64,000 nucleotides of DNA, taken from assembly GCA_963811025.1 (NCBI GenBank), contig CAWEPX010000003.1, forward strand, positions 115,190-179,189, written 5' to 3'. This stretch comes from an uncultured delta proteobacterium (GTDB lineage Bacteria; Desulfobacterota; Deferrimicrobia; Deferrimicrobiales; Deferrimicrobiaceae). Under the pieces are notes generated by a model. That model was not told the origin of the DNA and did not search any database. It saw only the letters and a list, made by a program, of their open reading frames with translations. The first letter of the stretch is position 1, and the number at the start of each line of letters is the position of its first letter. The position numbers were made by a program, and so were the translations under genes. Positions 29,620 to 38,758 of the stretch are shown here, piece after piece.

Positions 29620-30278
29620 CCGGCAGGAGAGGGAGACACCGCCGCTTTCGGCGGGAGATTCTGGCGCTTGCGATCCCCGGCCTTCTTCTGGCGGCGGTTT
29701 TCGCGATGACGGGGTGCGGGAGGATGCCTCACGTCATCGTGCTGGAGGATCCCTTGACGGCGGGTGAGCACCTCGAGCTTGGCGTGCTGTACGAGCGCCA
29801 GGGGAAGTTCGATCTGGCGATCCGGGAATACGAGCGGGCCCTCCGGAAGGACAAGGAGTGTTTCCAGGCCCGGGTGAACCTGGGAAACGTCTGGTTGGCG
29901 AAGAAAGAGTACGGGAAGGCGAGGGGGGAGTACGGGGAAGCGCTTGCCATGCGGCCCGGCGACCCCGAGGCGACCAACAACCTCGCCTGGGCGGCGATCT
30001 TTTCCGGCGAGCGCCGGGAGGAGGCGGCGGAGCGGATGGAGGCGGTCCTCTCCCGGAAAGCGAACCGAACCGTGACGCTGCTCGACACGCTCGGGGTGCT
30101 CCGGATGCGCATGGGCCAGCCGGGCCGCGCGGACGAGGCCTTCGCGGAAGCGGAACGGCTTTGCCTCGAGGCGGGCGGGTCCGGGTGTCCGGACGAGGTT
30201 CTGCGGGAGGTCCGGGATCACCGGGCGGAAGCTTGCGGGGGCTGCTTACCCTCCGCGGCGCCCCCTTTGGTAAAATAG
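29616..30278 (+). CDS. TPR-repeat lipoprotein
   Basis: GTG start overlapping the upstream stop. MTGCG lipobox. TPR helices (LGVLYERQGKFDLAIREYERAL...). Confidence 0.55.
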   Translation: MTGRRGRHRRFRREILALAIPGLLLAAVFAMTGCGRMPHVIVLEDPLTAGEHLELGVLYERQGKFDLAIREYERALRKDKECFQARVNLGNVWLAKKEYGKARGEYGEALAMRPGDPEATNNLAWAAIFSGERREEAAERMEAVLSRKANRTVTLLDTLGVLRMRMGQPGRADEAFAEAERLCLEAGGSGCPDEVLREVRDHRAEACGGCLPSAAPPLVK

Positions 30279-30282
30279 GCAC

Positions 30283-31209
30283 ATGTATCCTCCAATCCAC
30301 CCGGATCTTCGTTTCCACAATTACGCGTCGTATCTGCGGAGGCGACTCGGCGGGGCCGCGGTGCGAATCAGCGTCGATGGGGGATTCACCTGCCCGAACC
30401 GGGACGGAACCCGGGGCGAGGGCGGCTGTTTCTACTGCAACAGCGACTCCTTCACCAACGGGATCAAGTTTCCGGGTCTTCCTGTCGAAGAGCAGGTCCG
30501 GCGGACGATCCTTTCCCCGGGAAGGCACCGGAATGCCCGGCACATCCTCGTTTATTTCCAGCGGTTCAGCAACAGCTATGCTCCCCCGGACGAACTGGAC
30601 CGGATATACCGGGCCGCCTTTTGCCATCCCGACGTGGTAGGAATCGTCGTGGGTACCCGACCCGACTGCCTCGGCCCGGAGGTGCTCGACGTGCTGGAGG
30701 GGATCGGCCGAACCGGGTATGTCTTCGTCGAGATCGGGCTTCAGTCGAAATCCGACGCCGTTCTCGCGGGGATCAACCGCGGGCACACCGTCGACGATTT
30801 TGTGACTGCCGTTGCGGCGGTCCGGGAACGGAAGATCGACACCGGTGTCCACCTGATCTACGGGCTCCCCGGAGAGACGCGGGAGAATTTCGTGGAAACG
30901 GCTGGCTTCCTCTCTGATCTCGACGTGCAGGGGGTGAAGCTGCATCACTTCCACGTTGTGGCAGGGAGCGCCCTTGCGGAAGAGTGGAGGAAAGGAACGG
31001 TGAGGGTGCCGGAATACGGGGAATACGTATCGGTATGCGCGGATTTCCTCGAACGGCTCTCTGCGGAAGTCGCCGTGCTCCGGCTGATCGGATCGGCGCC
31101 CGCCGGGACGCTGATCGCCCCCCTGTGGGAGAAAGGCGGCAGGGAGATGGCGCAGGATGTGGCGGCCGAACTGCAAAGAAGAGGTACCTGGCAGGGAGCG
31201 CTCCGATAG
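30283..31209 (+). CDS. radical SAM protein, TIGR01212 (YhcC-like) family
   Basis: VDGGFTCPNRDG...CFYC cysteine cluster and a TIM-barrel-like remainder. 308 aa. Confidence 0.7.
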   Translation: MYPPIHPDLRFHNYASYLRRRLGGAAVRISVDGGFTCPNRDGTRGEGGCFYCNSDSFTNGIKFPGLPVEEQVRRTILSPGRHRNARHILVYFQRFSNSYAPPDELDRIYRAAFCHPDVVGIVVGTRPDCLGPEVLDVLEGIGRTGYVFVEIGLQSKSDAVLAGINRGHTVDDFVTAVAAVRERKIDTGVHLIYGLPGETRENFVETAGFLSDLDVQGVKLHHFHVVAGSALAEEWRKGTVRVPEYGEYVSVCADFLERLSAEVAVLRLIGSAPAGTLIAPLWEKGGREMAQDVAAELQRRGTWQGALR

Positions 31210-31232
31210 AGAGAAGCGGAAAAGGAGAGGAT

Positions 31233-31733
31233 ATGGGTGACGCGGAGAGGGAGTACCTTCCTCACTCGTCCCGGTGCTTCATTTGCGGGGACGAGAACGG
31301 GTGCGGTGTGCGTACCCGTTTCTTTGTCGAAGGGGATGCCGTGCGGACGCGGGTGACCCTGCCCCGCCATGTCAACGGGTACAAGGACGTCGCTCATGGA
31401 GGCGTCATCGCGGCTCTCCTGGACGAGTCGATGGGGTGGGCGGCCACGGTGTTCGGGAGCCGGCATCCGATGTATCTCACGGGCGAACTGACCGTGAAGT
31501 ACCTTTTCCCCGTTCCGGTCGGGGAGGAGATCGAAATCGTGAGCCGACTCGAGGAGGATTCGGGGCGTATCGCCTACAGCACCGGGGAACTCGTTTGCGG
31601 AGGAAAGGTCAGCGTGAGGGCGAAGGGAAAGTTCCTCCCGATGAGCAAGGAAGCGACCGGGCGCATCCTGTCCTACCTGAAGTTCGACCTGTGCAGGAAG
31701 TACCGGACGCTGTTCGACTACGCGAAAGAGTAA
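31233..31733 (+). CDS. PaaI/hotdog-fold thioesterase
   Basis: HGGVIAALLDESMG hotdog motif. 166 aa. Confidence 0.7.
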   Translation: MGDAEREYLPHSSRCFICGDENGCGVRTRFFVEGDAVRTRVTLPRHVNGYKDVAHGGVIAALLDESMGWAATVFGSRHPMYLTGELTVKYLFPVPVGEEIEIVSRLEEDSGRIAYSTGELVCGGKVSVRAKGKFLPMSKEATGRILSYLKFDLCRKYRTLFDYAKE

Positions 31734-31791
31734 CGGGTGGAAAAGGGGTATCGGGGCATCACCGCCCCGCCGACCCGGTCCGGCGGGGAGT

Positions 31792-32886
31792 TTATTTGAC
31801 GCGAATCCGGACCGTATAGGTAACGGGATCGGGCGAGAGGCCCGGCGGGATGTCAAGCTTCCCGGGGATCCCCTCCGGGGGGATCGATCCCAGTTTCCCC
31901 AGTTCTTCGAGGAATACGTCGGCAAACACCGCCGGGATGAGGACCCGGACGACATTGGAGACGACCACCGGCTTCTCCATGCGGCTTGTCGCGAAACGCA
32001 CCCTGTCCCGGCGGACCGCTCCCCCCAGGCGCAGGGCAACGGCGGCGATACGGTCCTCAACGCCGGGCCGGGCATCCCGATCGACTTCGATCGTCACTTC
32101 TCTACCGAAGGGCGCTTGCCGTAAGAGGCCCGGCGGTGCGGCGAAAACGTGCAACCCCTCGGTTTCCCCGGGCGGGGATTCCCGGAGGAAGGCCGGTTCG
32201 GTCGTCCCGCTTTCGGTACTCACCCGTGCGAGGCCCGCCGGAAGTTCCGACCTTGCAAACATGCCCGGTCTTTCGGGCATCGGTTCGGGAACTGCTTCCC
32301 GTTCCTTCCCGGTCGCTCCGCTCCCGGTACGCACCTGTTCTGCGGGGGCCGACGGAAGTTCCGGTCTTGCATGGACGGTCGGTTTTTCGGGTATCGGCGT
32401 TACGACAGCCTTCCGTCCCTCTTCAGGGGTCGGTTCGGCCTTGGCCCCACGGGTTGTGTCAGCGTCCGGGCGCTTCGCAACCGTTTCGGTTCTCGCCACC
32501 CGTACCCCGCTCTCGGCGGATGCGGGAGGAGACGGGACAGGCGTTGTCGTCGGCATCTCTTTCTGGATTCCGTAGACAAGGAGAAAGACCAGCACCACGG
32601 CAGCGGCTTCGAGCGGGATCTTGATGTGCGCGGGCAGGAACACCTTCTTCCACAAGGGTACCGCCGTCTTCTCCGCGATGCGCAGTTTGACCCCCTTGAG
32701 GAGTTCCGGAGGGGCCGCCTCGGCGGGGAGGCTTCGCAGGAGGGAGAGCGTCTCCCGGAGTGCTCTCTCCTCCTCGGCGCACCGGGAGCATTGCCGGATG
32801 TGGCCGGCGATCCCCTCCTGCTCCCTGTCCGAAAGGTCCCCGTCCAGGTAAGAGGAAAGCATATCCTGTGTCCTGGTGCACTCCAT
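31792..32886 (-). CDS. anti-sigma factor (zf-HC2 N-terminus, one TM, Pro/Glu-rich repetitive periplasmic domain)
   Basis: MECTRTQDMLSSYLDGDLS...HIRQCSRCAEE zinc-finger anti-sigma N-terminus. Located directly downstream of the ECF sigma gene. Confidence 0.7.
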   Translation of the reverse strand: MECTRTQDMLSSYLDGDLSDREQEGIAGHIRQCSRCAEEERALRETLSLLRSLPAEAAPPELLKGVKLRIAEKTAVPLWKKVFLPAHIKIPLEAAAVVLVFLLVYGIQKEMPTTTPVPSPPASAESGVRVARTETVAKRPDADTTRGAKAEPTPEEGRKAVVTPIPEKPTVHARPELPSAPAEQVRTGSGATGKEREAVPEPMPERPGMFARSELPAGLARVSTESGTTEPAFLRESPPGETEGLHVFAAPPGLLRQAPFGREVTIEVDRDARPGVEDRIAAVALRLGGAVRRDRVRFATSRMEKPVVVSNVVRVLIPAVFADVFLEELGKLGSIPPEGIPGKLDIPPGLSPDPVTYTVRIRVK

Positions 32887-32898
32887 CCTTGCCATCCT

Positions 32899-33525
32899 TT
32901 ACACGACCGGCGCCAGCATCTTCCGCAGCGCCATCCTCGCTCTGTGAAGCCTTGATTTCACCGTCCCCAGGGGAATGCCGACCGCCTCGGAAAGTTCCTC
33001 GTAGCTTAACCCCTCGACATCCGACAGCAGTACGAGCATCCGGGAATCTTCGTCGAGATTCGCAATCGCCGCTTCCAGGATCTTCCTGGTCTCCCGGGAT
33101 TCCACCATGCGGTCGGGGCGATCCTCCTCCCTGCCGGGAGGCTGGAAGGGTGAATCGCCGTCCCCTTGCGGTTCAATCGACATAACCTCCCTTGCGGCCC
33201 GGGTCGCACGCTGGCGAATGCGGTTCAGGGACCGGTTGGCCGCGATGCGGAGCAGCCACGTGGAGAGCGACGCCTCCCCGCGAAACCCCGCCAGGTTCCG
33301 GTAGGCCGAGAGGAACACCTCCTGCGCGACGTCCAAGGCATCCTCCCGATCCGACAACATCCGGAGGCAGAAGGCGTAAACCCGGTCCTGGTGGGTCCTG
33401 ACGATGGCGTCAAACGCCCCCGGTTTCCCCTCCCGGAATGCCTCCACCAAGAGGTCCACGGGTCTGTTTTCCGCCTCGCTCTTATTATTTTTCAAGCGGT
33501 TAGGCGGAGGAGCGTCAGAATCCAC
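32899..33525 (-). CDS. ECF (sigma-70 family, RpoE-like) RNA polymerase sigma factor
   Basis: Region 2 (VAQEVFLSAYRNLAGFRGEASLSTWLLRIAANRSLN) and region 4 (LSYEELSEAVGIPLGTVKSRLHRAR). Confidence 0.85.
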   Translation of the reverse strand: MDSDAPPPNRLKNNKSEAENRPVDLLVEAFREGKPGAFDAIVRTHQDRVYAFCLRMLSDREDALDVAQEVFLSAYRNLAGFRGEASLSTWLLRIAANRSLNRIRQRATRAAREVMSIEPQGDGDSPFQPPGREEDRPDRMVESRETRKILEAAIANLDEDSRMLVLLSDVEGLSYEELSEAVGIPLGTVKSRLHRARMALRKMLAPVV

Positions 33526-33731
33526 GGCGATCCCTTACCCTCCATATTGACAGTCGGTAGTCGGCTTCGGTTCCGGTGCCATGCGTCCCCGGGGGAGAAA
33601 CTTCCCTCGCCCGTTCTGTCCATTGTACTGCAGCAATGGTTGCGGTTGGGGAAGGTTTCTTGTATTTTAATAGTGAACCTACGGAACTTTGTACGCGTTT
33701 GCAATATCTCAACAAACAAGGGGGTCTGGGG

Positions 33732-34136
33732 TTGGGAATCTCGTCGGGTCTGCTCTCGGCTCTAACCGTGGTTGCCATTGTGGTTGCCGGCATATTGGCG
33801 TGGTACGTCTGGAAACTCGTAAAAACCATTGAAAAAGTTGCGGAGCACGTCGATGCGTCTTTCCGGCTTTTCGAGAAGGCGGCAGAGGAGATCCGGGTAA
33901 CCAATGCCTTAATCCAGGAGATCGCATCCCATGCCCGGAAGGGTGCGGCCAACATCGAGCACGTGACGGAAGGCGTGCGGAAAATGCGGAAGACGCTGGA
34001 CGCGGCAACGGGAGTTCTCGATTTCGCCGTCCTCCCGGTTCTGGGGACCATGGCCGGTGTGCTGGCGGGTTCGAAGGCCGGCATGTCGCATGTCGTGAAA
34101 CGAATATTCCGAAAGGAGGGTCGTCATGGCGAATGA
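33732..34136 (+). CDS. hypothetical membrane protein (DUF948-like; TM + coiled coil)
   Basis: Probable TTG start after an AAGGGGG RBS. Divergently transcribed from the ECF sigma gene. Confidence 0.45.
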   Translation: MGISSGLLSALTVVAIVVAGILAWYVWKLVKTIEKVAEHVDASFRLFEKAAEEIRVTNALIQEIASHARKGAANIEHVTEGVRKMRKTLDAATGVLDFAVLPVLGTMAGVLAGSKAGMSHVVKRIFRKEGRHGE

Positions 34137-34157
34137 AAATTGTAATGCGGAGGAGGG

Positions 34158-34419
34158 GTGTTCATGGCGTTCCTTGCCGGCGGCCTGATCGGCGCGGGGC
34201 TGGCCCTTCTTTATGCTCCTGTATCCGGCACGGAGGCACGGGTCAAGATCAACGAGGTCGTCGATGGACATGAAGAAGAAGACCGAAGGGTGGGGCATCG
34301 ACGTCAAGCAGAAGGTCGATTCCTTCATGGAGGAGGAGAAGGCGGTCATCAAGGCCGCCTACGACGCGGGCAGAGACGCGATGGAGAAGGAAAAAGCGAA
34401 GTACACGAAGGCCGACTAG
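34158..34419 (+). CDS. YtxH-like small membrane-anchored protein; apparent frameshift near 34290
   Basis: MFMAFLAGGLIGAGLALLYAPVSGTEARVKINEVVDG (frame 1) continues as MKKKTEGWGIDVKQKVDSFMEEEKAVIKAAYDAGRDAMEKEKAKYTKAD (frame 2). Confidence 0.5.
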
Positions 34420-34547
34420 CCCGTCGATCCTCTGTTTTCCTCGCAGGGAGAAAACAAGGCGGCGTTTCATTCCGCATCGGGAATCCGGGGTAGGGGGGGA
34501 ATTGCTCCCCCTCTCCCGCTCCGGGGCTCGGTTGCCCGCGACGGGCT

Positions 34548-35405
34548 CTACCGTCGAGACAATCCTTTGAGCAGAGCCGTGACCGCGAAAAACGCAGAGG
34601 CGAAAAGCACCACCGTCGCCCCCGTTGCGGTATCCAGGTAGTACGAGGCGGCTATCCCCAGGAGGCCGGAAACCATGGCGATGGCGATGGCTGCCCAGAA
34701 GGCGGAGGCGATTCCGCGGGCCACGTTCCGGGCGGCGGCTGCCGGAACGACGAGAAGGGCCGTGACGAGAAGGATTCCCACCGCCCGGATGGCGGTCGTG
34801 ACCACGAGGGCGACGACGAGGGCGAAGGAGATTTCCAGTCCGCGGACGGGGACGCCCATCGACTTGGCGAACCCCTCGTGGACACCGATGAGCATGATCT
34901 TGTTGAAGGCGACGAACAGGTAGGCGCCGACAACCCCAAGAAGCATTCCCATCCAGAGGAGTTCCGTCTCGGAAACCGCAAGAAGGTCGCCGTAGAGGTA
35001 GGCCTGCAGGTTGCGCGTGAGCCCCTTTTGCGCGCTGATGATGGCGATCCCGAGGGCGATGACCGTAGAGAAGAAGACCCCGATAACGGTGTCCGGGGAA
35101 AGCTCCGTGCGTCCCCTGACCAGGGTGATCGCCCATGCCACGAACAGGCCGAAGGCCACCATCGTGAGGAGAGGGTGGACACCGAGAAGCACGCCGATAG
35201 CCACGCCGGTGAAGGCGGAGTGCCCGATGGCGTCGGAGAAGAACGCCATCCGGAAGTGGACGAGAGGGACGCCTACAGCCGCCGCTGCGGGAGCGACGAA
35301 AAGCATCGCCAGGATCGCACGCTTCATGAAGAGCGGCTCCGCGAAGCCGAACGGCATGAGGTGCCCCATCGCGGAGAAAAGGAGATCGAGCAGCGAATGT
35401 GCCAT
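34548..35405 (-). CDS. znuB: metal (Zn/Mn) ABC transporter permease ZnuB-like
   Basis: 285 aa, 8 TM, TroCD/ZnuB family. ATGA overlap with znuC. Confidence 0.8.
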   Translation of the reverse strand: MAHSLLDLLFSAMGHLMPFGFAEPLFMKRAILAMLFVAPAAAAVGVPLVHFRMAFFSDAIGHSAFTGVAIGVLLGVHPLLTMVAFGLFVAWAITLVRGRTELSPDTVIGVFFSTVIALGIAIISAQKGLTRNLQAYLYGDLLAVSETELLWMGMLLGVVGAYLFVAFNKIMLIGVHEGFAKSMGVPVRGLEISFALVVALVVTTAIRAVGILLVTALLVVPAAAARNVARGIASAFWAAIAIAMVSGLLGIAASYYLDTATGATVVLFASAFFAVTALLKGLSRR

Positions 35406-36217
35406 CAATCCCTCGTTTCCTCTTCCTGCCCGGACTCCGGCGGCCCATGGAGGTGGCCGCGGCCATCGGCGTGGCCGTGACTTACCAGATGTGCGCCGCT
35501 GCCGTACATCGCCTCGAGGTTCTCCGGCGTAAGCATCTCCGTCGTAGCCCCTTGGCAGATGATCCTCCGGTTCAGACAGATGACGCGGTCGGCGTGGCGG
35601 CTGACCACGGAGAGGTCGTGGCTCACAAGGAGCAGGCTGAACCGGGACTCGCTGTGGATCTTGCTGAGGAAATCGCAAAACAGCATTTCGCCCGAGAGGT
35701 CCACCCCGGACACCGGCTCGTCAAGCAGCAGGATGTCGGGGTCGTCCCGAAGGGCAAGGGCGAGCAGGATCCTCTGGAGCTCTCCCCCCGAGAGTTTTCC
35801 CAGGGGGCGGGAGATGAGCCGGGCCGCGTCCACCCGGGCCAGGATCTCTTCGGCCGACCTCCTCGACCGCGCGGAGTGTCCGAAGACGACGGGATATCGC
35901 TGGGAGGAAAGCGCGAAAAAATCGATCACTCTCATCGGGGCGTTCCGGTCGAAGTCGAGCCGCTGCGGTACGTATCCGATCCGGGGGGCGCCCTCCCCGT
36001 GCTCCGCAGCGCGGCAGAACCGGATTTCCCCCTGGTAGGGGACGAGTCCCAGGATGGCCTGAAGCAGGGTTGTCTTCCCCGCCCCGTTCGGGCCGACGAG
36101 GGCGGTGACTTCCCCGCACCGGATGTCGGCCTCGATTCCGGACAGGATCTCCGTTTCGCCCGCGTGGACGGAAAGATCCCGGATTTCGAGCGTGTGGCGA
36201 TGCGCCGGGGGTGTCAT
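35405..36217 (-). CDS. znuC: metal ABC transporter ATP-binding protein ZnuC-like
   Basis: Walker A GPNGAGKTTLL, signature LSGGELQR, Walker B ILLLDEP. Confidence 0.85.
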   Translation of the reverse strand: MTPPAHRHTLEIRDLSVHAGETEILSGIEADIRCGEVTALVGPNGAGKTTLLQAILGLVPYQGEIRFCRAAEHGEGAPRIGYVPQRLDFDRNAPMRVIDFFALSSQRYPVVFGHSARSRRSAEEILARVDAARLISRPLGKLSGGELQRILLALALRDDPDILLLDEPVSGVDLSGEMLFCDFLSKIHSESRFSLLLVSHDLSVVSRHADRVICLNRRIICQGATTEMLTPENLEAMYGSGAHLVSHGHADGRGHLHGPPESGQEEETRD

Positions 36218-37095
36218 CGGTCTCCCAACGCCTCCGCGAGCGTCCGCAGATTCCGCCGCATGATGTCCTCATATGTCGATGGCGTCGTGGAACCCGTCGA
36301 CACCGGGTCGAGCGTGAGGACGGGGACACCGGCCTCCCCGGCGACCATTGCGGCGAGCCTCCCGGGGTACTGGGGCTCCGCGAAGACGGCGGCCGCTTTC
36401 TTTTCCCGGATCGTCCGGATGAGGTCCCGGATTTCGCCGGCGGAGGGCTCCTGGCCCGGCGTTTCCTCGATCCACCCCACGACGGTAAGCCCGAGGTCCC
36501 TCGCCAGGTAGTCGAAGACGTTGTGGAAGGTCACGATGTTCCGGCTCCGGAAATGGGCTGCCGCCTTGTCGAATTCCCCGGCGAGGATTTCGAGCCTGCC
36601 CACGTACGCGTCGGCGTTCCGGCGGAAGACCGGTTCGTTCTCCGGGGATGCGGCCGAGAGGGCCTTCTCGATCGCACGGACCTGCAGGATGGCGTTCCGG
36701 GGGCTGACCCAGGTGTGCGGGTTGATCTCCCCGCGGTCATTCCCCACAAGGAGAGGAGTCACGGAAGAAGCGGTTTCCACGATCCGGATGCCGGGGTTCG
36801 CCCGCCGTATGGGAGTGCCGAGAAAATCCTCCATTCCGTAGCCGTTCGCGATAAACAGGTCCGCTTCGGAGATCTTCCTCATGTCTCCCGGAGAAAGCGA
36901 ATAGTCGTGGGGGCATCCCAGGGTGGCGGGGAGCATCATCCTTACCGTGACGCCCGGTGCGTCGCCGACGACGTTCCGTGTGAAGATATCCATCGGAAGA
37001 AACGAGGTGAGGACACGAAGATCGGCCCCCTGCGCCGCCTGTGGAAAGGGGGATAAGATCAGCACGGCGGCAAGCAGGATGACGCGGCCGATCAT
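36214..37095 (-). CDS. znuA: metal ABC transporter periplasmic substrate-binding protein (TroA/ZnuA-like)
   Basis: Signal peptide MIGRVILLAAVLILSPFPQAAQGA and cluster A-I SBP fold. Lies immediately downstream of the Fur-family gene. Confidence 0.75.
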   Translation of the reverse strand: MIGRVILLAAVLILSPFPQAAQGADLRVLTSFLPMDIFTRNVVGDAPGVTVRMMLPATLGCPHDYSLSPGDMRKISEADLFIANGYGMEDFLGTPIRRANPGIRIVETASSVTPLLVGNDRGEINPHTWVSPRNAILQVRAIEKALSAASPENEPVFRRNADAYVGRLEILAGEFDKAAAHFRSRNIVTFHNVFDYLARDLGLTVVGWIEETPGQEPSAGEIRDLIRTIREKKAAAVFAEPQYPGRLAAMVAGEAGVPVLTLDPVSTGSTTPSTYEDIMRRNLRTLAEALGDR

Positions 37096-37544
37096 CGTTC
37101 CTTCTCCCTTCGGCTGCATTGCGGGCAGATGCCGAAAAATTCCAGGGAATGGTCTTTCACGTCGTATCCGAGAGTGCCGCGGATGTCCGCCTCGAGACGG
37201 GAGAGGTCGCACCGAAGGGATTCGAACGATTCGATCCTGCCGCACCCCTTGCAGACGACGCGATGGCGATGTCCTCCGTCGTTGGCCGCCTCGTAGCGGC
37301 GGCTCCGTTCGTGCAGCGCGACGCTCCGGACCATGCCGAGAGAAACAAGCAGGGAAAGGTTCCGGTAGACGGTGGACGCGTCGGGCTTGGGCGCCGGAAA
37401 TCTGTCCAGGATCTCCTTCGACGACAGAGGGATCGGGCTTTCCGTCAGGATGCGCAGAATCTCCCCTCTGCCGCGAGTGGCAGGGTGTCCCAACTTTCGA
37501 AGCTCTTCTGCGGGCGGTCCCACGGGTTTCCTCCAGCAATGCAA
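37092..37544 (-). CDS. zur: Fur-family metalloregulator (Zur-like)
   Basis: Winged HTH followed by HRHRVVCKGCG...CPQC metal sites. The TTG start at 37544 lies inside the palindrome; GTG at 37523 is an alternative start. Confidence 0.75.
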   Translation of the reverse strand: MHCWRKPVGPPAEELRKLGHPATRGRGEILRILTESPIPLSSKEILDRFPAPKPDASTVYRNLSLLVSLGMVRSVALHERSRRYEAANDGGHRHRVVCKGCGRIESFESLRCDLSRLEADIRGTLGYDVKDHSLEFFGICPQCSRREKER

Positions 37545-37572
37545 GTGTATTGCAGTTGCAAATATTTTGCAA
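37540..37572. promoter_or_regulatory. adjacent palindromes TGCAAGTGTATTGCA and TTGCAAATATTTTGCAA: candidate Zur/Fur operator at the zur-znuACB promoter
   Basis: AT-rich TTGCAA inverted repeats overlapping the 5' end of zur. Seen directly in the sequence. Confidence 0.5.
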
Positions 37573-37688
37573 CCGGGGGAGGTTGTCGAATCCTTGGATT
37601 TTCGGAATACATCTAAAGTCAGAGACAGGAACCCAACAACGAAACCGTTTCCGAGAACGTGTAGGCGCGAAACGAAGGAGAGACAGCA

Positions 37689-38222
37689 ATGCGCAGTGCA
37701 GGGGTCGTAACCAGATCAGGGGTCGGAATCGTCCTGCTTTCCCTCGGGATTCTGTTGTTCGGTACGGGTACGGCGGGCGCCGGCCCGCGGATCCTCAATG
37801 TTGATTTCGGTGATGACAACGGATACTGGGTGGATCTCATCGTCCGGGAGGTACGCGTCACCCCGATCGTCGCGCACGTGGGCGACACCATCCGGGTTGA
37901 TATGGTCCTGGAAAACCATGGGGACCCGATCAACAGGACCATACCGATCGATATCCTGGCAAACGGCAAGGAGGTGTCGGGCAAGCTGTTCACGTTCGGT
38001 TGGTCTAATGAACCGGGAAAGATTTACCGGGAAACGTTTCAGTGGAACACCAGCGGGGTGACGCCGGGGAAATACCGGATCCGGGGGGACGCGTTCGTAT
38101 GGGGTGACGATGACCCGTTCGACAATTCCCTCGACGTGAAGGAGTCGTTGGTCCTGCTTCCGGTCGGTGCGGCGTTCCCGGCGGGAAAAGAGGACGGGGG
38201 AACGGCCGTCGCAGTGAATTGA
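37689..38222 (+). CDS. secreted CARDB-like domain protein
   Basis: Signal peptide and a CARDB-like beta-sandwich motif (VDLIVREVRVTPIVAHVGDTIRVDMVLENHG). Divergent from zur. Confidence 0.5.
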   Translation: MRSAGVVTRSGVGIVLLSLGILLFGTGTAGAGPRILNVDFGDDNGYWVDLIVREVRVTPIVAHVGDTIRVDMVLENHGDPINRTIPIDILANGKEVSGKLFTFGWSNEPGKIYRETFQWNTSGVTPGKYRIRGDAFVWGDDDPFDNSLDVKESLVLLPVGAAFPAGKEDGGTAVAVN

Positions 38223-38306
38223 GGGGAGAAAGGAGGACGTCCCCGGACGGAATCTTTCCTCCCCTTCCCGCATCGAACGGGAAACGACGGGAAAGGAGGA
38301 AGACCC

Positions 38307-38627
38307 GTGAGGAAGCTACTCCCGGTTGCGCTGGCGGGAACAGTGCTGCTGTTCGCCATGTATCATATCCGGGCGAGCGAACCGCTTGCCTCTTTCGCAT
38401 CATCCTCGAGCCAGATCTATATACACGGGACTCCCGTATGTGTGACACAGCAGGGGAAGGAGATTGTGGCGCAGGTCGGAGAGTGTGGTGTTCTCCGGCT
38501 TCCTCCGTATGCCGAATCCCTGGAGAGACTTCCGTTCCATGGCCGTCCGGGGATGCAGCTTCCGCCTGGGCACCCCCCGATCGACCGGGAGATGTTCCCC
38601 GGGGAAAACCGGCGCGTGCTGATCTGA
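38307..38627 (+). CDS. small secreted hypothetical protein
   Basis: Signal peptide MRKLLPVALAGTVLLFA. 106 aa. Confidence 0.4.
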   Translation: MRKLLPVALAGTVLLFAMYHIRASEPLASFASSSSQIYIHGTPVCVTQQGKEIVAQVGECGVLRLPPYAESLERLPFHGRPGMQLPPGHPPIDREMFPGENRRVLI

Positions 38628-38636
38628 CCCTAAAAA

Positions 38637-38700
38637 CAGGGACGTTCCTAAGAACTCCTATCCACTATTCGTGAGTTCCTAGGAACGTCCCTGATACCAC
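38637..38700 (-). terminator. rho-independent terminator: 21-bp near-perfect stem (CAGGGACGTTCCTAAGAACTC / GAGTTCCTAGGAACGTCCCTG) with a T5 run on the minus-strand transcript
   Basis: Located between convergent genes. A-run precedes the stem on the plus strand, i.e. a U-run follows it on the minus strand. Confidence 0.75.
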
Positions 38701-38758
38701 GTACAAGACGGGAGGGCCTTCCGGCCCCCCCGTCGATCTTTCCGGGTAACGGTATTTG

